A stretch of 64,000 bases of DNA, taken from assembly GCA_028023455.1 (NCBI GenBank), contig JAQFVV010000002.1:8866001-8930000 (forward strand), given 5' to 3'. The DNA is from Epiperipatus broadwayi. Lineage: Eukaryota; Animalia; Onychophora. Below the pieces are notes generated by a model. That model worked only from the letters and a program-made list of their open reading frames with translations. It was not told where the DNA came from and did not search any database. This document shows, in pieces, positions 37,240 through 51,200 of the stretch (its first letter is position 1; every line of letters begins with the position of its first letter). Made by a program: the position numbers and the translations under genes.

Positions 37240-38802
37240 TTTCATTTTTATTATGTCAAATCAATATTTTTACTCTCATTAAAAATGTAATTTTTAAGAT
37301 TGATTTTTGGTTCAAATTCATATATTTAGTATTGTTAGATTTAAACTGATGCAATATCTGTCACATATTAGAACTTCTATGCCTTCTCATATATATATTC
37401 AGACTGCTGATAACTTTGTAAATCTTGTGAAAATATCATGTACACATGGTTCATTTTGACAAGTTTGTCATCCTAAGTTTATACAAGAGCCAAGTGTACA
37501 TGTTATTTCATCAGATCACGAGATTAGAAAGTTATCAGCAAATTGATAAAAATAGGAAATAGCATAGCAGGGCTAATACATGTTGCATGACTAATACATA
37601 AGTACTGTTTGTCTTGATAAATAATTGAAGATATAAACAATAAAATTTATGTAGATAATATTTCTGTTTTTGATTGATATTGTCTAATCTATATGAATAA
37701 TGAAAATGTAATATTTAATGGTTTTTGTATAATTTATGTAGGCAAGTATTTTAATGAGATATATCTTTCTTACAATTGATAGCTTAAAATAAAGTCACTG
37801 ACTTCTATTTTATTTTGTAAATTTCTCTCTCTTTTAGCCATAATTGTTTATTCTTAACTGCAACAATTGTTATAATTTTCAATGATATGATTTTTTTCAA
37901 TCATATTATTTTACTCTACTTTATATTAAACTTACTTTTTCTTTCTATCTATATTTTTATATTATTATTTTAATTTGCAATAATGGTTTTTGAATGCAAC
38001 TTTTTTCAACTCCATTTTACAATATTCCATTTCTTTTTTTTTTTTCGAGTTTTATTTTTTAATTTCCTCACTATTTCATTCATAGATTTTTTTAAGCTAG
38101 TTTTTTCCTCATAAAAGCATTTTAGCTACTCCTTTTAAATTTTCTTTACACAATTCTCGTTTTTTAGTTAAAATATAAGATAAAGCTCAAGTTTTTGGAT
38201 TGCATTTCTTTTAATTTGTTAACAACTATTTCTCACATTTGTTTTTTATTTTTAATCTTTTTTAAATATTTTTTTCTTTCTCCTTTGTTTCTTACTTCTC
38301 TCCCCTCTTTCTCTCTCTTCTTCTTTTTTATATCTATTATTGTAATCAGAACTTCTAAAAGTAAACATACTTTTTACCATTAGTTGCTCTATTATTTTAA
38401 GATTCATCTAGTATTTTAAGTAACAACTTATTTTTCAAAATCAAAAAAATAATAATACAATTTTATCTGTTCCTCCCTATTATGTTTTTTTTTAATTACT
38501 TTTTTCAACTTATTTATAAATCGGAATAACTATAATATTTTTTGAAAAAAATTTAATGTAATTAATCTCTCATTTCAAAAATATTTTTTATTTTACTGTT
38601 AATTTTTAGCAAGAATGTATCATATTTGAGGAATGTTTTATACAAGGATATTTAAATATTCCATGTGCAAATGTAAATTATTTTTAATTTATTTAATTTA
38701 CATATCCACTTTTTCAACAAAGGGATACAAGTCTCTTTCATATATAGCATTCACATGACCACCACCTCTTATGCTAGGTGCAGTGCTCTCAGATCCAAGG
38801 CT

Positions 38803-38842
38803 CCTCACTGACGAAGGCCACAAGCCAGAAACTAGTCTGGGG
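38803..38842 (+). ncRNA. Minimal type I hammerhead ribozyme of the Penelope pseudo-LTR
   Basis: CCTCA-CTGACGA-A-GGC-cacaa-GCC-A-GAAA-CTAG-TC/TGGGG; GUC triplet; palindromic ACUAGU stem III; predicted cut after 38837. Confidence 0.8.
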
Positions 38843-39974
38843 ATATTGGATGAGGATTTTATGCACAAGCCTTCTGGCATCCATTGATTACTCTAGCTTG
38901 CTGTGTGTGGCAATGCGTATAGTGAGTTTTGCCTGTTTTAATATATAGCATTCATGTTATTGGCAATATACCAAGCTTCCTTGATTTTGCATTTTCTGTC
39001 ATCTCTTTTAAAGCACACTATACTGGCTCTCCATGGCTCAAAGAAGTGACTATATTAGGTCTCATGTTCTGAGAATATAGACTTGGATTTTGTGTTGGTT
39101 TTGTCCCAGTTATAAAGGTATTTGTGCTGGGTGATCCTAGTTTTAATGTTTGCATCTGATTTACCAAAGCAAACAGTCTTGCAAATAGGAATTGTTGCAT
39201 TCAATCTATAAACAATTTGAAATATCTACTCTTGGAATTGCATATCTTTAGTATTGTTTATCAAATGATTTGATGTGGGAGGGTCCTAAAGCTGACATTA
39301 TATATATTACAGCAAATTTTACTTAAGTTTTATGATACTCTGGGTATATATGGCAGTGATATCCATGGTTTTGCATCCAGTTTTGTTGATCTATTTCTAA
39401 TTTTGGAATAAGCTGTTATGACTGCATTGATAAGGTACTTGTGTTTGTATATCTTACACAAATCTTTAATACATGCTTCAATGATTGTTTTGCAGTCAGA
39501 TTCAAATTTACGTACTTTCAGGTTCTGATATTGAAATGCTTTAAGATGTGATTCAGGGTTAATTGCACCTTTAATTTGGGTAGGTTTAACTATCATATTA
39601 TAATCTAACTGATTCTCTGCACATATAAATTCAGGAATTTAAGGCCTTTTTACCTATCTTTTAACTCAATTTTCTAACTTAATGATAAAGTTTGATCAAG
39701 ATCTTGTTTTATGTAAGTAATTAGATTTTCTGGAAGCCTGGTATCTGATCGAAATATTTTGGAAGCACTAATTCTTTTAATTTCATCACTATCCCACTTG
39801 TTGGCAGGTTTTAAGCCAATAAACATCACATGATCACCATTTCTTATGCTTGCATATAATTGTTATTAAAATAGGCAAAACTCACTATATGTATTACCAC
39901 TCACTGCAAGCTAGAGTAATCAAGGGTTGCATTAGATCCTAAGATCTAGGTGCAGTGCTCTCAGATTTAAGGCT

Positions 39975-40014
39975 CCTCACTGATGAAGACCACAAGCCAG
40001 AAACTAGTCTGGAG
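39975..40014 (+). ncRNA. Second pseudo-LTR hammerhead copy
   Basis: CCTCA-CTGATGA-A-GAC-cacaa-GCC-A-GAAA-CTAG-TC/TGGAG; one mismatch in stem II. Confidence 0.7.
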
Positions 40015-42369
40015 ATATTGGATGAGTAGGGACTAGATGGAGATTTTATGCACAAGCCTTCTGGTATCCATTGATTACTCTAGCTTGCAGTGAGTGGCAA
40101 TACGTATAGTGAGTTTTGCCTGTTTTAATTTGTTGGCAGGTCTTAAAGCATTTCTATATCAGAAACTGAAACTATGTAAATTTGAATCTGACCACAAAAC
40201 AAACATTGAAGCATATATTAAGGATTTGAGTGATATAGGATACAAACACAAGTATTTTATCATAACATTTTACTCTAAAATTAGAATTACACCAACAAAA
40301 CTGGATGATAAAACCATGGATATCATTGCCATATATATCTATAGTATCACATAACTTAAGTAAAATTTGCTCTGATATATATATAACATCAACTTTTGGA
40401 CTTCATCCATATTAAATTGTTTGATAAACAATACCAAAGACAGGCTATCCCCAGAGCAATCTCCTCAACTTGTTTACAAGATTGAATGCCACAACTTTGT
40501 TTGCAAGGCCATTTATTTTGATGAATTGTGTGCAAAATTGCAACAAGAGTGACTCAACACAAATATCTTTATAACCAGGCCAAAGCAAACACAGAATCCA
40601 AGTCTATTTTTTTGGAATATGAGATCCAATATGATTATGTCTGAGCCAAGTGAGACCAGTATATATGTGTGCTAAAAGAAATGACAGAAAGGGTAAAGTC
40701 AAGGAAGCCTGGCATGTAGCCATCAATGCACATATTATTGATAAGAAAGAGACTTTTTTCTTTTTGTCTAAAAGCTTATGAAAATTAAATAATTTACATT
40801 TTTGAAATGGATATTTAAATACTCTGGTATAGCAGTCATCACCTGTTATAATGTTAGGTTGCTATAAATATGACTAGTAGATAGTTGAAAGTATACTAAG
40901 CATATTATTTACAGCTTAAAATTTTTTTATTTTTCTTAATAGACAAGGCAAGGTGTTTACATTGAATTACAAGTGCTGAAAGAAAAGAAAGTAAATAAAC
41001 ACAGAATTATAACTATAAACAATGTTCTAAATTGAATATATATATAATGATTAATTTATAATATTTGATACTGAGATTTTATATTTTAGGAAAAAGTTGA
41101 AATTGTATTTGATTGTACATTTGTAAAAATATACATTTACCATTTTTAAATAATTTCTGTCATTATTCAAATTTATATTTTAATTTTTTGTTTTTAACTA
41201 AAAGAAGGATTTTTTTTTTTTTTTTTGCAAATTATCAATGTAATATATATACTATTTGTGTATTAAGTTTATGATATATTCCTGATATGCAAAAAACAGG
41301 GGGGTACTGAACAAAAAAAAGCAAAAAAAGTAAATCTTATATTATTAAATATGAAATAGAATATTTATTATCACAAAAGACAATCTATTTATGTAGAATT
41401 TTGATTATAAATTTTGTTATTATATTGATAAAATAATTCCTATTGCCTTTTTAAAAATAAAAAAATCTTTACTTAGTCCCAATCTTAGACAAATATGAGT
41501 TAAAAGTATTGATAATTTTTATTATTTAGATTCCCAAATCAAAGGCAATTATACTATTTAGATATTTGTTTTATTCCCACTTCAAAGGTAATGATATCTA
41601 TTTCAAATATTCACATTAAAAATGTATCATCTTATTTAAATAAGCATTATTTTTCCTGTTTCAAAGGTCATTCATTAGTCATTGCTAGCCTACTTCTGAA
41701 TAAGGCCTCTTCAGAAAGTTTTTTTAACATTAAAACAAATCTAAGCCCACTTCATTTATGTACCTCAATTAATAAAAAAAATTCCCTGTCATAGCGAGAA
41801 AATGAATATAATTATTATTTAATTTAAAAATTGTTATAAAAAAATAAAATGACTTACAATCTGAAATTGAAACTGACAAAATATTGTGACAACATTAAAC
41901 AATTTTTTTTAGATAAATTAATGATAAAAAATAACAAAAGTAAAAAAAAAAAGTACAATTAAAGGATAACTAAGATTTTATGTTTCATTAACTATGCTTA
42001 TAAATAATTAACCCTTAGAACAATATAATTACAAAAAGATTTTTTTAATTATATTGTAAAATAAAACAAAATAATCCATAGATACATGTGTGCTAACAAT
42101 GGTATTAGTTATAGATTATTGTCCTCAGGTTGCAGTTAGTGGAATAGCCTTCAGATATGAAATAAGCAAAGTACTGTAAATAAGTAGTCACTGATAATGG
42201 AATAACCTTTATCATCAGAAAGTGGTAAAGGAGTGGCATGTTAACTTCTATAAAATGCCACAATTCCTATGATGGTGGATGTATAATGGTGAGTGTTGAT
42301 CACTATTAAATAAATCAACACCCTGCTGAGTGCTGATTCAGTAACAGCATTCTTTCATGTATTGGATGA

Positions 42370-42790
42370 TCACTGTATGTGACAATGTTGAGGAGGACTA
42401 TGGAGAATATTGCTGGGCAAAAAAGGCAATGGGAAATCATTTTGCCTTATAATTCCCTTGTTTTATTATGAGTATTGATCAATAAAATAACAAAGTTTTG
42501 AAAAGAGTAAATGAAAAAAGAAGATTGATTGAGAAAATCAGAGAGAGAAAGAGAAACTGGATTGGACATATATTAAGAAGAAATTATAATTTAATAAAAC
42601 ATGTTTTGGAGGGAATGGTGAGTGGAAATAAGAAGAAAGGATGGAAGAGATTGACATTGTTGGATGATATAAAAGATAGAAAGAGTTATGTGGAATTGAA
42701 GAGCTGGGCAATAAAGCGAATGGAATGGATAAATTGATGGTGTAACTACTCTATGGATCTGCCCAGACAAAATACTGTTGGTCATGATGA
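42370..42790 (+). mobile_element. RTE/BovB-like LINE 3' end
   Basis: ORF 42498-42737 IRERKRNWIGHILRR...VLEGMVSG...LLDDIK...YVELK matches the RTE C-terminal motifs. Confidence 0.85.
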
Positions 42791-43945
42791 AGACAGCATA
42801 ATAGTTTAATGAAGTGAACTCAAAAGCTAAAAATTCCCGAAACAATTCTTAGATAAAGAAAATTTAAAAAAGGAAAATGATCTCACTTCAATTTAATATT
42901 CAAATATCGTCTAATTGTTAACAACCTCCATATAATCATATATTTTATTTTTATTAAGGATGAAAAAATAAAAATAAACTAGTTGAAAATTCATGGTCAA
43001 AAAAAAAGTTATAACTGATCATTTCTTCTTTTTTTCTACACAATTTTAACAAAAATAAATTAGAAAATGAAATCAAAAGCAATAGTTTGTATTTTATATC
43101 AAGACATCACAAATATTTAATAGATATGTAAATTATTTAATTCAAACCAAAAAATTAAATGAAATATTTATAGTGTTAACATTTTATAATCACTTTTGGT
43201 TGTCGTCAAATAGCCACCATATCCCACTCTATGGCGGCGTTTTCGTGCTAAAACACATAAAAATGCCGTTTCCACGGCCGACATGTTCGAACCTGTGTTT
43301 TCTATAATACAACTTTTTTGTTGTGCTACAGATTGCAGGCCGCTATGTCGCATCGCAGTACTGCATGTATGTCTCATCGCAGCAAATAAATTTTCCGAAT
43401 TCACAGTTTATAAAATGGTTACGGCTTGGTGAGAGGGTGTGTTTTTTTTAATTGGATGGAAATGTTGTTTTCATTGGATTTTTTTATATTTTAAAGTATT
43501 GAAATGTTCAGATTTTGTAAAGTAATAATTAGCAGACTTTTTACACCGTAGTGTATTGAAGTTTTAAGTGTTAAATGTTGATAAGATATGTGTAAAGTGA
43601 GTTGGAATTAGGTAACGCGTCAAGTAACGTATATTTTTGAAATAAAAAAGAGCGTTAACACAAAAATATCCAGGCAGAAAAGTACAATTGTACACTGTTT
43701 TTTTAAATGTCATAAAAAACATATATTATAAACATGGTTAATAAGTAAAGAAGACATTTTATATATATATTTGTTGTTGTTTAAAAAAGTTTTAGTTTCT
43801 TTTCTCTGACTACTGCTTATACTTTGTTGAATATAGTTTACGTTTATTGTTATCATTTATTTTATAGATGTTAGTATAAAAAAAATATTTACAAAAATAT
43901 GATTTTGATATTTTTTATTTTAGCATCATTACAAACAACAGAACA

Positions 43946-43987
43946 CTAACCCTAAACCTAACTCTAACCCTAAAACTAAACCTAACC
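43946..43987 (+). repeat. Degenerate telomere-like (TAACCC/TAACC) repeat inside the Merlin-like element
   Basis: ctaaccctaaacctaactctaaccctaaaactaaacctaacc. Confidence 0.75.
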
Positions 43988-44166
43988 ATAACAACTTTTA
44001 CTTGTCATTCTATTTGAAATAAAAATAGTGGTAATATCTGTTTGTCTGTAAAAAAAAAAAAAAATTAAAACAAAGACTAAAAAAGTAAAAAATAGCAATA
44101 ACACAATAATATCTATTTCTCTGTAGAAATGAAATGTAAAAGGAAGACTAAGAAATTTTACTTTTT

Positions 44167-44265
44167 TTTTTGAAGTGTCATAGCATCGGCCGGGACGTGA
44201 ACCCGCAACCCGGGCAACTTCCTGCAAGTGCAAGGCAGTCACGCTGATCTCTCAACCACCAATGC
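44167..44265 (-). mobile_element. tRNA-Gly-derived SINE, copy 2 (nested in the Merlin-like element)
   Basis: Minus strand GCATTGGTGGTTGAGAGATCAGCGTG...CCCGGGTTGCGGGTTCACGTCCCGGCCGATGCT plus A-tail; flanks aagac(ta)agaaattttacttttt duplicated at ~44144-44166 and 44266-44286. Confidence 0.88.
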
Positions 44266-45489
44266 AAGACAGAAATTTTACTTTTTATTCCGATTATGAG
44301 TTTTTAAACAACAACAACAAAAAAAGCCGCAACCCCAGTAAAAAAATCTCTGATAGAAAATTGATTTTTTTAATAAAGCAAACTAAAAAACACGAATCCA
44401 ATTGTAATTTGTTTATTTTATTTTACATTTATTATTATCATTTAATTTGTATACGTTAATAAAAAATAATATTTAAAATTAAATAATATTTAAAAAAGAC
44501 GATTTTCTTTTGTTTTTATTTTCACATTACAAAAAACACATCAAAATGATTATAATTAATGGCCCGGGAATGATCATATTTTATAGTTTTAGTGTGAAAA
44601 TGGCACTATCGAGTGGGATATGGTGGCTATTTGACGACAACCTCACTTTTTTAAAACATATATAGATGATATAAAAAAATTTAAACTGACAGACAATTAA
44701 ATTTACTTTGTTAAATGAATAAATCTTTAAAAATCTTAGCAATTTAAAATAATTAAATATTAAACTTTATGGCTGAATAAATTCTAGCATAGAATGAATC
44801 TTTTAAACATAAATTGAATCTTTCTAAAGTCTTGGTTAACCATTTTATTTTATTTATTTATTTTTTTAAAAAAAGGTAGAAGTGCTATTTTTTAAAACTA
44901 TTATTTAACAATTTAATTTTAAATTGGATTGCATCATAATTGTTTACAATAAATTGGTCTGCTAAAATAAGATTTTACATGTAAATTTTACATTGATTTC
45001 ATTACCTTTATGATTAAAAATAACAATTACAGAAAAGTCTATTAATAAAATAATCTTATGAATTTTTCTGGATCATTAAAGTTTTATTATTCTAATCAAA
45101 TTATTACAGGATCAATCTGTGATATTGATTAGTGAATTTTTATAAACCAAAAATTGATTTCCTCATTTTTAAAAAAATTGTTTTATAAATTAGAACCCTT
45201 TTTAGAACTAGACTTTTTATAAGTCATTCTACACAAATGGAGACAAGTGGCCATAATATTTCAAATTAAAGACCACTATCTTTGGTTTAAAAATTCCACA
45301 ACAAAAGTTTACATTTTAATTAATAAGCCCTACAGACAGATAAAACTATCTAGTTTAAATAAAATGGCTAGAGATAAAAAAAATTATAATAACAAATCAA
45401 ACAGTATTTAATAAAAAATAAAATAAACATTAGTCAGGAATATGAACTATTATCTTTACAACCATAAAACATTATTCCATATACCAATA

Positions 45490-48210
45490 TTACTATCATC
45501 ATTATTGTCAACTATTATTAATCCACTGCAGGCTGAAAGTCTCTCCAAATTTAATCCAGTTTTTTTGATTTCCAGCCTCTCTTCATCACATCAATAAACT
45601 TCCTTATTTCATCCATGCAGTTATCCATGGTCTCTTTTTTGATCTTTCAAGTCTTTTTGGATTCACTTTTAAGATTTCAACTGACCATCTATTATCATCT
45701 CTCTTAACAGTATTTCCACACCAACTTCACTTTAGTTTCATATTTTTTTTTATAATTTCAGTAATATCTGTTTGTTCTCTCACTCAGTTATTTTATTTGT
45801 GATCACTTCTTATTACTCTTAATATACATCCCTCCATACTTTTTTGAATGGTCTGAAGTCTATTTTGTTATTCTATTAAATATCCAAGTCTCAGATCAAT
45901 AAATAACTGGTAAAATGTATTTATTAAAAGAAGTTTTTTTAAAATAGCATTTCATTGAAGTTTAATAATTTCATCTATTATATTTCCATCTGTAGTAATA
46001 ATTTGACCAAGGTATTTGTATTCGTTTTATTTTAAATTTTATTTGCTCAGTTTGAAAGCATATGGGCTCTTTTAAAGAGAGCTTCTGATTCATCATTAAC
46101 AATTTCTATTTTATTTTTTATTTTTTTGAGACATTTCATTGAATATGAGTTTCTTTTTAACATTTATCATTACCCCATATTTCTTACTTTCATCTGATAG
46201 CTCTCACAGCATTTCCTAAACTTCTGAAGCATTATTTGCTAAAAACAATTGCATTATTTGCAAAATCTAGTTGCCTTAAATAATTTCTATTTACTTTTAA
46301 TCTATTAGTTTTACATTTTAATCCATAAAATATGGAATCATCCTCTCACACAGCCTTCTTAATATTAATCTTCTCAATAGAACTATAATCTAATCATGAC
46401 TGTTGCATTTTGATATATATTCTTCAAAGTATGGCAATTGCCTAGGTATGTATCTTGATGATTTAATGTTTTAATAATTATAGAAATACTTATAGAATCA
46501 AATGCCTTTTCATAATCTACAAATCCATAACATAATGATAACTCATAAATTGATTGGTCCTTTTATAACTTCTTTCAATACTTGGATGTATTGTATTAAA
46601 ATCATTTTTAAACCCCACTTGTTCTTTTTGTTGATTTAAATCCAAAATTTGCTGTAAATAAATTGTAATTATTTTGGTAAAAATTTTGTACAGAAATGAT
46701 AAAGCCTGATAGGTATACAATTTCTCTGATTCATCATTCTTCCAGTTTTCTGGTACAGCCAACAATTTTTTTATTTCATCACCTGATTATTAATTACAGG
46801 TCTCATTTCTTCATTTAAAATATTGAGTAATTCAGATGATATATCACTTATAGGAGATACTTTATATTCTTGTTCTTTATATCTATATAATTTTTTATAA
46901 AAAAAATTCCACACATTTCATTATATCATTTCTCTTTTTTGTAATAGTTCAATCTCTTCTTATGATTGCAGAAATAAATTTTCTACAAATTCCCAGATAT
47001 TGTTTTATACTTTTGAGATTTATCTTCTTCAACAGCTTTTCTTGCTAATTCACAATTATAGTTTTTTATATTATCAACTGAATTCTTCTTAATATATATT
47101 TTTTATACATTTTCATATTCCTTTTTTCTTCATATATTGTCTTATCACAGAAGAAAATTTACTAGTAAATTGCTGTTTTTTTCTACCACTTAGGTATCAG
47201 CTTTTTATTGATTTAACTAAAATCTGAATCATGTTCAAAATCTGTTAATATTTTAAAATGATTTTCAAGTTCTAATTTAAATTCATTGAAATGCTTTTAA
47301 AGGTTAGGAATATCAACCATGAATGCTGTTTTTTTTTTTAGTAATATTTGTCTCTTTAGTTTTGCATTAACATATTGATGATCATTTTTCTGTGTTGAAT
47401 TTTTTAAGTACATAATAATGTTGGAATATATATTCTCTGTTCATCAAAATATTCTGCTGCACTTTAGTTTGGATTCTTCCAGGCCCATTTCTGATTAGTA
47501 TTTTTTTCAAATTAAGAATTCATAATATGTAGTTTATCTTTTTCTGCAGATCTGTATAGTCTCTCATTTCTATTATCACAAATTTATTCACAGTACTTTC
47601 AACTTTCAAATTTTAAAATATTCTGTCTGATCAAAAGCCTTTTGTATCCAAGTAAAAATCCTCTACACATTCATCAATATAATAACTTATTTGGCATAAT
47701 CTTGAATTATTTGCATTTGTTAGCTTCTTAAGTTGAATAACCATTTTTGCCATTCTTTCATACTTAACCAATCTCCATAATTCATGCCTCAGTATTTGTA
47801 TATTTATAGTAAAATATGTATCAACTTTTTAAATTGATTCCTCTTCATCTTTTGTTCTAACTTAACTAAGTTCAATAATGCCCCATTTAATATTAGACTG
47901 TTCTTTTTCAAATTCATGTAGTATTCCTTCATTTGAAAATGGTCTGCAGTAGTGAGTACGCAAATAAGAAATCATCATTAAATGGCTGCCTAAATTCACA
48001 ATTGGGATTTTTAGCTCTCTCAGTTTTCATTCTTTGTCCACCAATCACTGACTTGGCTGGTGATTTTACGGCATCCTGGGAATAAGAACCATTATTTAGT
48101 TTTGTCTGTAATGATTAAAAATATATATTTAAATTTTTTATTATTAATTTACACATTCATTCTACCTTCAAGAAAACTCAACTGATATTTTGTTATGAAA
48201 TATCAGGCAA
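45490..48210 (-). mobile_element. RTE-clade LINE, older near-full-length but internally deleted copy of the 14.1-16.5 kb family
   Basis: Colinear homology with 14110-16500, including the 5' end (tcaggcaactg); LSFLYKIFTKII and EQVGFK (ORF 46517-46765); a 3' tail resembling atccactgcaggctgaaagtctctcc at ~45520-45546. Confidence 0.85.
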
Positions 48211-51200
48211 CTGAAAAGAATAGGTGTTTCTTGATATTAAACTTATTAAAGTTAACATATTAGCTAATGCATGTTGGTGAGCAGCACAACTATATTTATA
48301 TACTATAAAAATAATTATATAGTAATACAAATATGAACATACGAAGTGGACATTTGGAATTTGCCATGCTCAATTCCTTTAAGACCTCAAAGAAAATTAA
48401 ATAGTCTGTTTTCACTTAATAGCAAACTCTTTTCTGCAACTATATAGAATATATAAACCCTTTATTTAGAAGCAATGTTCTTTTTTTATAAATTACATAT
48501 ATAAATTAAAACAAAAGAAGCCTTGTCTTGCAACAAAATTTATATATATTTTAGGCAAGATCCATCAATAATAAATTCCTCACGCAATTTGTCATGCTCC
48601 TCCCTCAATTTAAATAAGAAATTATAACACATAATTAATAAACAATAGATTCATTCTGAAATCTGTTTTATTCGGGGGGGGGGGTATAAACTTTACAAAT
48701 ACAATATATTTTAGAGCATTTTTATATTAAATTTATATATACACATGATTATTAGTTGGATAGGGGACTGTAACAAATATAATACAATATATATATATAT
48801 GTGTGTGTAATCTATAATTTTATACTTTTACTTATAAGTAAAAATGATATACTACTAAAAAATTATTACATATGACACTCAATTTTCCTGTTATAATTTA
48901 TTTGATATCATGACTCAAAGATCTAAAATAATTCTTTCTTTTTTTTTTTATAAAATCCAGAAGGTCTGTTTATTTATAAATCTATTTCAAAGTTTTTTTA
49001 AAACAATCAATTAAATGAAATTATGCCCTGCATTCACTTCATCACATGATTTGTTTTCATTTATTTTTTTATTAAATCTTCACCATTTTTTTTTATCTAT
49101 TCAAATATATTCATTATAAACTTTAATTTTACGTACAGAATTCATGTTTTAGAAATCATAAATGACAAACAAGTAAGTTACCAATTAAAGATGTTTCCCT
49201 TTATGTTTATGAGGATATTATTTAAAATAAATATACTTTATGCTGTGAATTTTCTAAATATCTTTTTATTAATTATAAAAATATTAAATAATACAAATTA
49301 TTGGTTTTTATTAAAATTTATTTTTTTAATTTTTTTAAAAATTAATTGAATATACTTCACAAATTTTTGATTATTTAAGTTTATCATTCATAAACCTAAA
49401 TTTTTATCATATTATCATTTATTTTAAAAGTTAAATAAATCATGGGCTCAGTCCACATAGATGTAGATAATTATTTTTATTGGAATTAAATTATTTCTCT
49501 TGTCATTTGACAAATCTGATGATTAATCTTTGTTTTTCATGATTTGTCTTTGAAAGCTCTACATATAATTATAGTCTTATTCATGTAGCAACTAAGTCTG
49601 AATGCCTTTACTATAATAACAACTCTCACATCTGATCTCTACATAGTCAATTTAATAAAGATGCTATCTTTCTCATATTAAAAAAATGATATATTTTTAT
49701 TGTAAAAGATTAGTCATAGAAATCAAAGTATTAATTAAACCAGGGTTTACCATTTTAAATAATAATGAAAATGTAAATTCTAATAATATTAATAAGCATG
49801 TAAATAAATTACAGTTATTAAATATGTAGCCCTTGGAATATATAATATAATTTTATTCACAGAATAATTAAGTTTTGAATGTGCATATTATAATCTTATA
49901 AATAACAAGCTCTTTCTCATATTAAAAATAATTTTTAGGGATCAGTGTTATGAATTATTTTTATAGTATGTGCATACAGCCAATTATTTTATGAATAAAC
50001 TAATACATTCTCAGAGCTATAAATAAAATAGCAATAATTTATTTATATGCTTATTAAAATTATTAGAATTTCCATCTTGATCTTATTTAAACCTGTAAAC
50101 TGGCATGATTAATATTTTCCAAAAATCACGGCTAATTTAAAATTTTATACCTTTCAAAGATTAATGTTTGATTTATTTACCATATAACAACAACTTGGTG
50201 GTTAGGTCATTTCTTATGCTAACTGATAAATTAGCATTGATACAGGAAAAATGTTATTAAGATTATTAGAATATATGTAATAACCTTCCAATATATGGTT
50301 GAGATGATTTATGAAGAAGAAATGATAGAAAAAGATTAATGAGGCTTGGTTTATTGTAGGAAATGAACATGTGATAAATCAGAGAGCCAATGCTATTCAA
50401 ATAAGCAAAAATAGTTTTTTTTTAAACAATTGTTTTTTTTTGGTAACCATGATTATGACCTTAGCAAATGATACACTTGTTTTTTTCCTTAATTAATTGT
50501 ATTCTTTATTCTCTGTTGTAGTGCCTATATACTATTTATAATAATAGCAGACATTCAGTTTATTATATATTGTACCATGGGGTCATACATTCTGTACGCT
50601 TATATAAAAAAAATTTGAGCCATTCATGTATTATATCATCAGTTGATGTCTTCTCTAACTTTATCTCAGTATGTATAATTATAAACCATTATAAACATAT
50701 TAGTATATAAAGTAATATTTTCAGTTTGATCTTTCTTTTTATTTTAAAAATCATACACAATCTGTTTTGATATATCATTTTAAAGGCCACTTGAATTAGA
50801 GGAAATGCATTTTCTTTTAATAAAAGTCAGAATAATATCTCGTCTAATTTTAGTTTATTATGTCTAAGTTTAATTTATTATAAAATGTGCCAATAGACAA
50901 AATAGCAATTTCTGACTTGTTTTTTAAGTTTGCGTTTTGTTTTTCTATTGTGTTTTGAAACAGAATGCATCATGAAGTTCAGAATCCTGTTTTAAAAGTC
51001 ACCGATTTAAATTAAAATATTTAAGTTTAAAGATGTATTTCTTAAAGTCAAAATAGCATTGCTTATTGCTATATTTAATAGGGGTATACATAGCTGAACA
51101 ATTATATTTTCAGTATACTTGTGTGTGTAAATATATGTATGCATGTTAGAGCATTGCGACTACAGGATTATTGTATAAGATTTTAAAGTAGAAGAATGTT

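Larger units (their letters stand above)
38640..40835. mobile_element. Rearranged Penelope-like element: two inverted RT-end/GIY-YIG copies and two pseudo-LTR copies
   Basis: KPWISLPYIPRVS (ORF 39330-39596, minus); on plus, QLVYKIECHNFVC (~40465-40505) and KVKEAWHV (~40695-40720), matching the PLE GIY-YIG layout; 38777-38945 repeats at 39948-40125; the outer ends 38640-38700 / 40780-40835 are inverted. Confidence 0.85.
43198..44642. mobile_element. 1445-bp non-autonomous DNA transposon, Merlin-like
   Basis: 32-bp perfect TIRs GGTTGTCGTCAAATAGCCACCATATCCCACTC (43198-43229 / 44611-44642), extending imperfectly to ~60 bp; perfect 8-bp TSD TCACTTTT (43190-43197, 44643-44650). GG ends with an 8-bp TSD fit the Merlin superfamily. 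Confidence 0.9.

Noticed and set aside
42115-42260. RTE 5' UTR / HDV-like ribozyme resemblance (gtcctcaggttgc...cagatatg...aataag)
   Set aside because: The similarity is from memory and too degenerate to fold or support.
43946-43987. True telomere or telomere junction
   Set aside because: Only 42 bp, degenerate, and internal to a transposon with intact ends.
44167-44265. Functional tRNA-Gly gene
   Set aside because: It has an insertion before the T loop, a disrupted anticodon arm, a poly(A) tail and a TSD, so it is a SINE.
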